Shown here in pieces: positions 1 through 6,549 of a DNA stretch of 10,970 bases. Position 1 is the first letter of the stretch, and every line of letters begins with the position of its first letter. Source of the stretch: Elusimicrobiota bacterium (lineage in GTDB: Bacteria > Elusimicrobiota > Elusimicrobia > UBA1565 > JACRDR01); the NCBI GenBank assembly GCA_016212845.1, contig JACRDR010000417.1, forward strand, positions 1 through 10,970. Direction: 5' to 3'. The notes below the pieces were generated by a model, which did not search any database, was not told the DNA's origin, and was given only the letters and a program-made list of their open reading frames with translations. The position numbers were made by a program, and so were the translations under genes.

Positions 1-1
1 C

Positions 2-733
2 GACGCGGAGAGCGGCTGGGACAAGAACGAAACCGCGCATTTCGTCGTCCACCACCAGCGGATGGGATTTTCTCCCGGGGACCAGTCGCTCATCGAGCGG
101 ATCTACTCGGCGCTGCATCCCGACCTGTGGCGGCTGGTCCCTTGGATGGCGGAGAAGAGGACCGACATCTATCTGTACGAAGATCATGCCCGTTATCTCG
201 CCGGACGCTTCCATCCGCCCGCTTGGTCGGGAGGTCTGCTGGCGACGGGCGACGGGGAGCCCGTCCTGGCCGTGTTCGAGCCGCTCGATGCGTCCGTCGT
301 CGCGCACGAGCTCACGCACCTCTATTTTCACTCCTACTTCGGCGACGCCCAGCCGCCGTCGTGGCTCAACGAGGGTCTCGCCGGCATGCTTCAGGGCGAG
401 GCGCTCTCGCTTCCCGACTCCCGCGAGAAGGGCCCGGTGCTGAAAGCCGTGATCCCGTTGGAGGCTTTCCTGCTCGGCCGGCCCGGCAAGGACTCGCCCG
501 ACGCTTGGGTCTCCGCTTGGTACCGGCAGGCTCACAGCGTGGTGCGCTTCCTCAAGCGCGGCCATATCGACATGAAGTTCGGCGACTTCTGCGCCGCGTT
601 GAAGGACGGCGACGAGGTCGAGGCGGCCCTGAAGAAGATCTACGAGTACGAGGACCTCGCCGCTTTCGAAGCCGCTTGGAACAAGTGGCGGCCGAAGACC
701 GAGTTCGGGGCTCCCCGAAGCCTCGGGGACTAA
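2..733 (+). CDS. DUF1570 / peptidase-MA-like (gluzincin-type HExxH...E) domain protein, 3' portion; 5' end lies upstream of the window
   Basis: The frame of ORF 62..733 stays open back to base 2 (DAESGWDKNETAHFVVHHQR precedes the first Met), so the gene is truncated by the window edge. HELTH is encoded at 305-319, followed 17 residues later by NEGLAGM (a Glu third ligand at gluzincin spacing). The downstream AWYRQAHSVVRFL resembles the conserved YAQSWxLVHFL region of DUF1570 proteins. Stop TAA at 731-733. Confidence 0.7.
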   Translation, partial: DAESGWDKNETAHFVVHHQRMGFSPGDQSLIERIYSALHPDLWRLVPWMAEKRTDIYLYEDHARYLAGRFHPPAWSGGLLATGDGEPVLAVFEPLDASVVAHELTHLYFHSYFGDAQPPSWLNEGLAGMLQGEALSLPDSREKGPVLKAVIPLEAFLLGRPGKDSPDAWVSAWYRQAHSVVRFLKRGHIDMKFGDFCAALKDGDEVEAALKKIYEYEDLAAFEAAWNKWRPKTEFGAPRSLGD

Positions 734-785
734 GCGAAGGTAGTCTCGCGATGGGACCAAGGACCCTTGCGCCTGGGGGAATTCG

Positions 786-800
786 GCGCATAGTATGCGC
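786..800. promoter_or_regulatory. perfect 7-1-7 palindrome GCGCATAgTATGCGC in the intergenic region between the DUF1570-like gene and the flotillin gene
   Basis: Read directly from the sequence. It is a relatively AT-containing dyad in a GC-rich spacer, 53 bp past the upstream stop codon. It could be an operator or an RNA hairpin; function is unknown. Confidence 0.2.
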
Positions 801-900
801 GAGGACGATATGAAGCGCTCCATCTCGGTGGTCTGGCATTACCGCCCCTGCGGCATGGGGGCGCCGGCCTAGCTTTTTCTCGACGGGCGCACGTACTCAT

Positions 901-934
901 CCCATGCCGGCTTCCGGCATGGGTTTTTTGTTTT
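901..934 (+). terminator. rho-independent terminator-like hairpin plus U-tract (CCCATGCCGG cttc CGGCATGGG TTTTTTGTTTT)
   Basis: A 9-10 bp GC-rich perfect stem (901-910 / 915-923) with a 4-nt loop is followed immediately by T6-G-T4 (924-934) on the + strand. There is no A-tract on the other side, so it is + strand specific. It lies 168 nt after the upstream stop and only 21 nt before the flotillin ATG. Confidence 0.5.
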
Positions 935-955
935 GGACGTACCTGGAGGTGGGTC

Positions 956-2905
956 ATGGAGGTTACGATGGAGCTGGTGCTGAAGGTCGCCGAGTGGCTG
1001 CTGCTCGCGACCGTGCTCCTCGGCTTCCGCTATATCCGCAACGATCGTATCGGCATTGTGGAGAAGCGCTGGAGCCGCAAGGGCTCGGTGAAGTCCGGCT
1101 TGATCGCCTTGGAAGGCGAGGCCGGGTATCAGCCGGACGTCCTTCGCGGAGGGCTGCACTGGCTGATGCCGCTGCAGTACGCGGTGCATACCGCGCCGTT
1201 GGTGGCGATCGGACAGGGCCGCATCGGCTACGTGTTCGCGCGCGACGGGAAGGCGCTGGAGCCTACGCAGGCCTTGGCGTCGAACCTGACCGCGGGCGAC
1301 TTCACGGACGCGGCGGACTTCCTCCGCGGGGGAGGACAGCGGGGGCCGCAGCGCAAGCTGCTGCGCGAGGGCACGTACGCCATCAACTTGGCGCAGTTCG
1401 TGGTGTTCACCCAGGGGCAGGTGTACCGCCTGGCCTTGGCGGAGGACGAAGCGAGGATCATGCAGGAGACGTCGGCGGCGCTTGCCGAGCGGAACGGCTT
1501 CGAACCGCTCGTGCTCATGGGCGAGCACGACGAGGTGGGCCTCGTGACGGTGCACGACGGGCCGGCGCTGGCGAACGGCGACATCATCGCGCCGATCGTC
1601 GGAGGCACGGAGGACGCATCGCACAACAGCTTCCAGGACCCGGAGAAGTTCCTGGCGGCGGGAGGGAGACGGGGGCGCCAGCTGCAGGTGCTCGTCGAGG
1701 GGACGTACTACGTGAACCGGCTGTTCGCGACGGTGGAGCGGATCGCGAAGACGGTCGTCGAGGTGGGGACGGTGGGCGTCGTCGTGTCGTACACGGGCGA
1801 AACCGGCGCGGACCTCTCCGGCGCGGACTACAAGCACGGGGAGCTGGTGAAGAAGGGGCAGCGCGGCGTGTGGGCGGAGGCGCTTCTGCCCGGCAAGTAT
1901 CCCTTCAACACCTACGCGGGCAAGGTCGTGCTCGTGCCGACGACGAACTTCATCCTCAAGTGGATCCGTTCCGAGTCGGGCGCGCATAAGTTCGACGAGA
2001 ACCTGACGGAGGTTTCGCTGATCACGAAGGACGCGTTCGAGCCGTCGCTGCCGCTGTCGGTGGTCGTGCATATCGACTACCGGAAGGCGCCGCTGGTGAT
2101 CCAGCGCTTCGGCGACATCCGCCGGCTCGTGGAGCAGACGCTGGACCCCATGGTCTCGGCGTATTTCAAGAACGTGGGGCAGATGCGGACGCTGATTCAG
2201 CTGATCCAGGATCGCAGCGGGATCCAGGAGCAGGCGAGCCGCGAGATGAAGGAGAAGTTCGCGCACTACAACCTGGAGCTCGAGGAGGTGTTGATCGGCA
2301 CGCCGCGCTCGTCGCAGGGGGACACGCGGATCGAGGAGATCCTCGTGCAGCTCCGGCAGCGGCAGATCGCGACCGAGCAGATCGAGACGTACGCCCGGCA
2401 GGAGGCGGCGGCGGCGAAGGAGCGCGCGCTCCGGGAGGCGCAGTCGCGGGCCGAACGGCAGACGGCGCTGACCGAGTCGGAGCTGTCGATCGCGATCCAG
2501 GCGAACGAGGGCAAGGCGTCCTACGAGCGGGCGCTGCAGCAGGCGGCGCAGGTGAAGGCGATGGCGGAGGCGGAGTCGGAGAAGGTGGCGCGGCTCGGCG
2601 TGGCGCAGGCGATCGCCGTCGAGGAGCAGGTGCGGGCGTACGGCGGGCCGCAGTTCCAGCTGACGCATCAAGTGATGAGCCGCTTCGCCGAAGCCGTGCA
2701 GGCGAGCGGGGTGGACCTGGTGCCTAAGGTCGTCGTCGGCGGCGCCGGCGGAGCGAAGTCGGGAGCGGGCGGCGTGCTGGAGATGCTCCTGACGATGCTC
2801 TTGTCGGAGAGGCTGGTGCAGACGGCCGGAGCGTCCGGCGGAACGCCGGACCCGGCGGCCGCGGCGCTGCGCCGCGAGTTGTTCGACTCGTTGAAGGCGA
2901 AGTAG
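956..2905 (+). CDS. flotillin-family SPFH/band-7 domain protein (YqiK/FloT-like), 649 aa
   Basis: An N-terminal hydrophobic anchor (LVLKVAEWLLLATVLLGF) is followed by an SPFH-like domain. A long Glu/Ala/Gln/Arg-rich coiled-coil segment (EAAAAKERALREAQSRAERQ...AQVKAMAEAESEK) and a C-terminal Gly/Ala-rich tail match flotillin architecture. GGAGGT lies 6 nt upstream of ATG 956, and an alternative ATG at 968 also has a GGAGG. Stop TAG at 2903-2905. Confidence 0.85.
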   Translation: MEVTMELVLKVAEWLLLATVLLGFRYIRNDRIGIVEKRWSRKGSVKSGLIALEGEAGYQPDVLRGGLHWLMPLQYAVHTAPLVAIGQGRIGYVFARDGKALEPTQALASNLTAGDFTDAADFLRGGGQRGPQRKLLREGTYAINLAQFVVFTQGQVYRLALAEDEARIMQETSAALAERNGFEPLVLMGEHDEVGLVTVHDGPALANGDIIAPIVGGTEDASHNSFQDPEKFLAAGGRRGRQLQVLVEGTYYVNRLFATVERIAKTVVEVGTVGVVVSYTGETGADLSGADYKHGELVKKGQRGVWAEALLPGKYPFNTYAGKVVLVPTTNFILKWIRSESGAHKFDENLTEVSLITKDAFEPSLPLSVVVHIDYRKAPLVIQRFGDIRRLVEQTLDPMVSAYFKNVGQMRTLIQLIQDRSGIQEQASREMKEKFAHYNLELEEVLIGTPRSSQGDTRIEEILVQLRQRQIATEQIETYARQEAAAAKERALREAQSRAERQTALTESELSIAIQANEGKASYERALQQAAQVKAMAEAESEKVARLGVAQAIAVEEQVRAYGGPQFQLTHQVMSRFAEAVQASGVDLVPKVVVGGAGGAKSGAGGVLEMLLTMLLSERLVQTAGASGGTPDPAAAALRRELFDSLKAK

Positions 2906-2911
2906 GTAGAA

Positions 2912-2943
2912 AGGGGGGGAGGGTGCGAAGGCCCTCTCCCCCT
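2912..2943. terminator. putative bidirectional terminator hairpin between convergent genes (A GGGGGGG A GGG tgcgaagg CCC T C T CCCCC T)
   Basis: About a 12-bp stem (2912-2923 / 2932-2943, one G-U pair) with an 8-nt loop lies in the 43-bp gap between the flotillin stop (2905) and the mqo-like stop (2949-2951). No clear U-tract on either side, so it would be a weak or non-canonical terminator. Confidence 0.4.
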
Positions 2944-2948
2944 CGGCG

Positions 2949-4250
2949 TTAGGCGAAGTCTCGCGCGAACGCCGCTTCGTCGAACTTCAAATCGAGCCAA
3001 CCCGCGACGAGCTTGGCGTCGTCTTCGGCGTTCTTGAGGCAGACCGAGGCGCCGGGAGAAGGAGTCACGTCGAACAGGATGCCCTCGCCCACGATCTTCG
3101 CCTCGCCCATGTAGAGCTTGCCGGTTTTCCGGTCCACGAGTTGGGGGCGGATGCCTCCGGGCCACTCGGTCGGCGTGAGGTCCTCGGGCTTGAGCGTCGG
3201 CACGATCTTGCGCGCTTCTTCGGCGAAGAGGCGAGTGCCGATCCAAGGCACGGTGTAGAGCGCGTTCTTGGCCGCGAAGCCGCGAATCGCGTCGTCGGCG
3301 AGCAGGCCGCAGAGCCGGAACGCGAGCATCGGGTCGAATCTAGTGCTCCAAAGGAAGCCGATGAAGCTCGACCAGCGGCCGCGCTCGAGGAGGGGGAGCA
3401 CGCGGGCGGTCGGGCCGAAGCGCGTCACGTTCGGGTCGTTGGTGTCCGGATCGCCGTGAACCGCCGCGAAGGGGAGGCGGTTGTCCTGCACGGTGTAGAC
3501 CTTGCCATTGAGGACCCGCGGCGCGTTGAAGAAGTCGCCCGCGACCGGCAGCAGCGCATATTCGAGCCCGAGCCCGAGGTCGTGGGCGAAGACGAGGCTC
3601 ATCCCGCCCGCCGCCGCGACGACGCAGCGCGCCTCGACGACCGTCGAACCCGCGTCGACGACGAAGTGTTTGCCCTTCCGCTGGATAGACCGCACGTCGA
3701 CTCCGAAAAACGAGTCGAAACGCTTGCCGGTCTCCTTCGCGTCCATCACGAAGGACGTCGACAGCCGCCCGAAGTCGACCGCGAGGCCTTCGGCCGTCTT
3801 GAGCGCGCACAGCGGCACGTCCGCGCGCCGTCCTTCGACGACTAGGGGCTCGGCCTTGGCCAGCAGGTCGCGGTCGAGCATCTCGAGCTCGGGAAAAATC
3901 GGCTTTAAGTCGAGATGCCGCTTCCGAAGCAGGTCCACCTCCGCCTGCCCCACGCCGAGCACCATCTTCGAGTGGATCTGATGGATACCCTTGCGGTTCG
4001 CCTTCTCGAGGTATTTCACCACGCGCCGCGAGGCGACGGAAACCTTCCTGGCCTTTTCGGCCGAGTAGTTCGTCTCGATGTCTCCGAAGTGGAGCGTCTG
4101 GCTGTTGGCGGTGCTCTTCGAGTTGACCTGCGCCACCTCGCGGTAGCGCTCGAGCACCGCGACCGAGCCCACGTCCGTGTACTTCGTCAGGACGTGCAGG
4201 AGCGCCGTTCCGGTTACGCCCGCGCCGATGATCGCCACGTCGTACGTCAT
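2949..4250 (-). CDS. mqo: FAD-dependent malate:quinone oxidoreductase-like protein (433 aa)
   Basis: An N-terminal Rossmann GxGxxG (DVAIIGAGVTG) starts at residue 4. ERYREVAQVNSKSTANSQTLHFGDIETNYSAEKA follows the recalled Mqo pattern ER(L)EGVAQESSNGWNNAGTGH...ELNYT...EKA of E. coli Mqo. ATG at 4248-4250 (read as cat on +), stop TAA at 2949-2951. The product call is from memory of the family, not a search. Confidence 0.6.
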   Translation of the reverse strand: MTYDVAIIGAGVTGTALLHVLTKYTDVGSVAVLERYREVAQVNSKSTANSQTLHFGDIETNYSAEKARKVSVASRRVVKYLEKANRKGIHQIHSKMVLGVGQAEVDLLRKRHLDLKPIFPELEMLDRDLLAKAEPLVVEGRRADVPLCALKTAEGLAVDFGRLSTSFVMDAKETGKRFDSFFGVDVRSIQRKGKHFVVDAGSTVVEARCVVAAAGGMSLVFAHDLGLGLEYALLPVAGDFFNAPRVLNGKVYTVQDNRLPFAAVHGDPDTNDPNVTRFGPTARVLPLLERGRWSSFIGFLWSTRFDPMLAFRLCGLLADDAIRGFAAKNALYTVPWIGTRLFAEEARKIVPTLKPEDLTPTEWPGGIRPQLVDRKTGKLYMGEAKIVGEGILFDVTPSPGASVCLKNAEDDAKLVAGWLDLKFDEAAFARDFA

Positions 4251-4256
4251 GCGCCG

Positions 4257-4268
4257 ATGTTATAACAT
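4257..4268. promoter_or_regulatory. perfect 12-bp AT-rich palindrome ATGTTATAACAT centred in the 27-bp gap between divergent mqo-like and parB-like start codons
   Basis: Read directly from the sequence. It contains TATAAC (a -10-like hexamer) on both strands, 9-12 nt before each start codon. It could be a shared -10 for (near-)leaderless divergent transcripts or an operator. Confidence 0.25.
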
Positions 4269-4277
4269 GCGTTCCTC

Positions 4278-5216
4278 ATGGCAAAGCCCAAGAAAATCCG
4301 CGCCAAGCGCAAGCAGAAGGCCCGCACCAAGGGACTCGAGGCCGCCGACTGTCTCGCCGCCGACGCGAAAGTCGTCGAAAGCCTCACCGCGCTCGTCGAG
4401 GCCTCGGGCGGCAAGGCGCTCTCGGGCTACCGCGACCCCTGGGGCGGCCACACCTCCCTCTTCGCTCTGCTGCCGGTCGAAGCGGTCGAGCCGACGCCGT
4501 TTCAGCGCGACCTCTCCGACACGCACGAAAAAAGACTCTCCGTCGCCATCGAGAAGCTCGGACGCTACCTAGACCCGATCATCGCCGTCCCGGCGGAGAA
4601 AGGCTTCTTCACGCCTAACGGCATGCACCGGCTCTCCGCCATGAAGCGGCTCGGAGCCAAGTCGATCACCGCGCTCGTCGTCCCGGACCCCGAGGTGCAG
4701 TTCAAGATCCTCGCGCTGAACATCGAGAAGGCGCACAGCCTCAAGGAAAAGTCGCTGGAAGTCATCCGGATGTACCGGGCGATGGCCGCGAACGCGGAGG
4801 GGACCGAAGAGGACTACGGCCTGGAGTTCGAAGAACCGGGCTTCGCGACGCTGGGCATCCTCTACGACCAAGACAAGCGCTTCGCCGGCGGCGCCTACAA
4901 CCCGATTCTCAAGAGAGTCGACGGCTGGCTCGAAGACAAGCTCCCCGTCGCCCTAAAAGAGCGCGAAAAGCGCGCCGCCAAGGTAAGAAAGCTCGAAGAC
5001 TTGGTCGCCGGCCACGTAAAGACGCTTCAAGCCAAAGGCTTCAAGAGCCCGTACTTGCGCGCCTTCGTGGTCGCGCGAATCAACCCGCTGCGCTTCATGA
5101 AGACCGTCCCCGCCTTCCACGAAGCCCTCGACATGCTGATCGGGAAAGCCGAACGCTTCGACCCCGGCAAGGTGCGGCAGGAAGACATCTCCGCCGCCGC
5201 CGGCGCGGCGGACTAA
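4278..5216 (+). CDS. ParB/sulfiredoxin-like (ParB nuclease domain, DGxHR-type) protein with a highly basic N-terminal tail, 312 aa
   Basis: An in-frame TAA lies 5 codons upstream, so ATG 4278 is the first possible start. The N-terminus is MAKPKKIRAKRKQKARTK. ...EPTPFQRDLSDTHEKRL...IIAVP...TPNGMHRLSAMKRLGAKSITALVV matches the ParB/Srx N-terminal domain core (xGxHR...A.K.LG). It lacks the canonical GERRxRA CTP-binding box of partition ParB proteins. Stop TAA at 5214-5216. Confidence 0.7.
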   Translation: MAKPKKIRAKRKQKARTKGLEAADCLAADAKVVESLTALVEASGGKALSGYRDPWGGHTSLFALLPVEAVEPTPFQRDLSDTHEKRLSVAIEKLGRYLDPIIAVPAEKGFFTPNGMHRLSAMKRLGAKSITALVVPDPEVQFKILALNIEKAHSLKEKSLEVIRMYRAMAANAEGTEEDYGLEFEEPGFATLGILYDQDKRFAGGAYNPILKRVDGWLEDKLPVALKEREKRAAKVRKLEDLVAGHVKTLQAKGFKSPYLRAFVVARINPLRFMKTVPAFHEALDMLIGKAERFDPGKVRQEDISAAAGAAD

Positions 5217-5221
5217 GGGGA

Positions 5222-5254
5222 CAGTCCCCTCGTTCGGGTCGCGTTCGGGTCAGC
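5222..5254. repeat. 33-bp intergenic motif, copy A: CAGTCCCCTCGTTCGGGTCGCGTTCGGGTCAGC (internal tandem CGTTCGGGTC x2), preceded by GGGGA forming a GGGGAcagTCCCC hairpin
   Basis: It fills essentially the whole 37-bp gap between the convergent parB-like stop (5216) and the namZ-like stop (5254-5256). It is 28/33 identical to copy B at 7110-7142. Confidence 0.45.
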
Positions 5255-6516
5255 TAGGGATACAGCAGGTACTTCTTCCGCCGCTCCGCGAAATCGGCGG
5301 CCTGCTTCCGCCACGCCGCGAGCACGTCCTTGATCGGCCGCCCTTCCGCGATAGCGGCCGACGCCTCGCCGGTCCCGAACGTCGCGTCGAAGCGCGGCCG
5401 TCCCGTCTCTTCGAGCGTGTCGGGCGGGAAGATCGCGGCGTCGGGGAAAAGCGCGCGAACGGCTTCCATGGCGTAAAGCTGCAGCTCGACCAGCGGCGCC
5501 TTGCGCAGGTCCAGCAGATGGATCTGGACGCCCTGGCACAGCGTCCCCTTGTGGGCCGCGTAGAACGGCTTGAACGAGAGGGGCCGGAACCGGACTCCCG
5601 GCAGACCTAGTTCGTTGAGCTTGGACGCGAGCTTCTCGCCGTCGATCCCCGGCGCGCCGATCAGCTCGAAAGGCTGGGGATAGCCCACGCCGATGTTGAA
5701 GGTGCCCAACTCGCCCAAAATACCGGTCGCCGGATAGAAGAACGCCGTTTCGATTCGGGGGACGTGGGGCGACGTCGGCACCCAAAGGAGCCCCGTGTCC
5801 GAGAAGCGCATCTCGCGCCGCCAGCCCTTCATCTCGACGACCTTGAGATCGACACGCCTGCCGCCGCGCAGCCAGCCCTCGCCATTGATCATCCGCGCCA
5901 GCTCGCCCGGGGTCATGCCGTAGACGTACGGAATCCGGAGCCAGTTCACGGTCGAGCGCTTCCAATCCTCCGGCGGGACGTTGCCCTCGACGCGCTCGCC
6001 GCCGACCGGATCCGGCCGGTCGAGCACGAAAAAGGGAATCCCCGCGTCCGCCGCCGCCTCCATGGCCAGCGCCATCGAGACGATATAGGTGTACGACCGC
6101 GAGCCTATGTCCTGCACGTCATAAACCACGGCGTCCACGCCCTTGAGCATGGCTGGAGTAGGCTTGTTCGTGTCGGCGTCGTAGATGCTGGTCGAGCGAT
6201 GAAGCGAGTAGATCGGCACGCCGAGTTTAGGATCGCGCTCGTCGACGACCGTCTCCGTCGCCAGCCGCGCCCCGCGCACCCCATGCTCGGGCCCCATGAG
6301 GGCGACGATCTTGACCCCCGGCGCTCGCGCCAGCGCGTCCGCCGTCAGCTCGAGCCCCGTCGTCACCGCCGCCGCATGGGTGATGAGGGCGACCCGCTTC
6401 CCGCGGAGCGACGCCGCCCCGTCGGCCAGCAGCACGTCGACCCCAGGCAGCACCGAAGGCTCCGCCCAAGCCGGGGAAGCAATGACGGCCAAAGCGAACC
6501 CTAAGGCCTTGATCAT
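5254..6516 (-). CDS. namZ: NamZ-like DUF1343 family exo-beta-N-acetylmuramidase, secreted (420 aa)
   Basis: Signal peptide MIKALGFALAVIASPAWA|E. GVDVLLADGAASLRGKRVALITHAAAV matches the recalled DUF1343 N-terminal signature (GxDxLL...LKGKRVGLITNxTG). ATG at 6514-6516 (cat on +), stop TAG at 5254-5256. Confidence 0.8.
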   Translation of the reverse strand: MIKALGFALAVIASPAWAEPSVLPGVDVLLADGAASLRGKRVALITHAAAVTTGLELTADALARAPGVKIVALMGPEHGVRGARLATETVVDERDPKLGVPIYSLHRSTSIYDADTNKPTPAMLKGVDAVVYDVQDIGSRSYTYIVSMALAMEAAADAGIPFFVLDRPDPVGGERVEGNVPPEDWKRSTVNWLRIPYVYGMTPGELARMINGEGWLRGGRRVDLKVVEMKGWRREMRFSDTGLLWVPTSPHVPRIETAFFYPATGILGELGTFNIGVGYPQPFELIGAPGIDGEKLASKLNELGLPGVRFRPLSFKPFYAAHKGTLCQGVQIHLLDLRKAPLVELQLYAMEAVRALFPDAAIFPPDTLEETGRPRFDATFGTGEASAAIAEGRPIKDVLAAWRKQAADFAERRKKYLLYP

Positions 6517-6549
6517 GGGCTCGAGGCTACCAATAGATCTCTCCGCCGG

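Noticed and set aside
843-878. Second hairpin (CGCCCC/GGGGCG) with a downstream TTTTT, considered as an independent terminator
   Set aside because: A 10-nt spacer between the stem and the T-run, and only a 6-bp stem. Kept only as part of the leader-structure finding.
127-2671. Long overlapping ORFs in other frames or on the opposite strand (127..813, 186..443, 552..839 -, 730..957 -, 869..2671 -, 904..1989 +, 1228..1626 -, 2266..2514 -)
   Set aside because: Arg/Ala/Gly/Pro-rich translations typical of off-frame reading of high-GC DNA. They overlap genes that have clear domain signatures (HExxH/DUF1570, flotillin).
3428-3438. Single CGTTCGGGTCG unit inside the mqo-like coding region, considered as a third copy of the intergenic repeat
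   Set aside because: Only one half-unit, with no flanking CAGTCCCC or GTTCAGC, and inside a CDS. Most likely coincidental.
2668-4572. ORFs 2668..3246 -, 3141..3845 +, 3268..3459 +, 3340..3810 -, 3502..3981 +, 3915..4265 +, 4177..4572 +, 4260..4526 -
   Set aside because: They are antisense or off-frame relative to the mqo-like and parB-like genes, with low-complexity R/P/S-rich products.
4565-6504. ORFs 4565..4765 -, 4569..4871 -, 5213..5965 -, 5764..6504 +, 6227..6469 -, 6296..6676 +
   Set aside because: They overlap the parB-like and namZ-like genes in alternative frames and have no motifs. The namZ frame carries a signal peptide and the DUF1343 signature.
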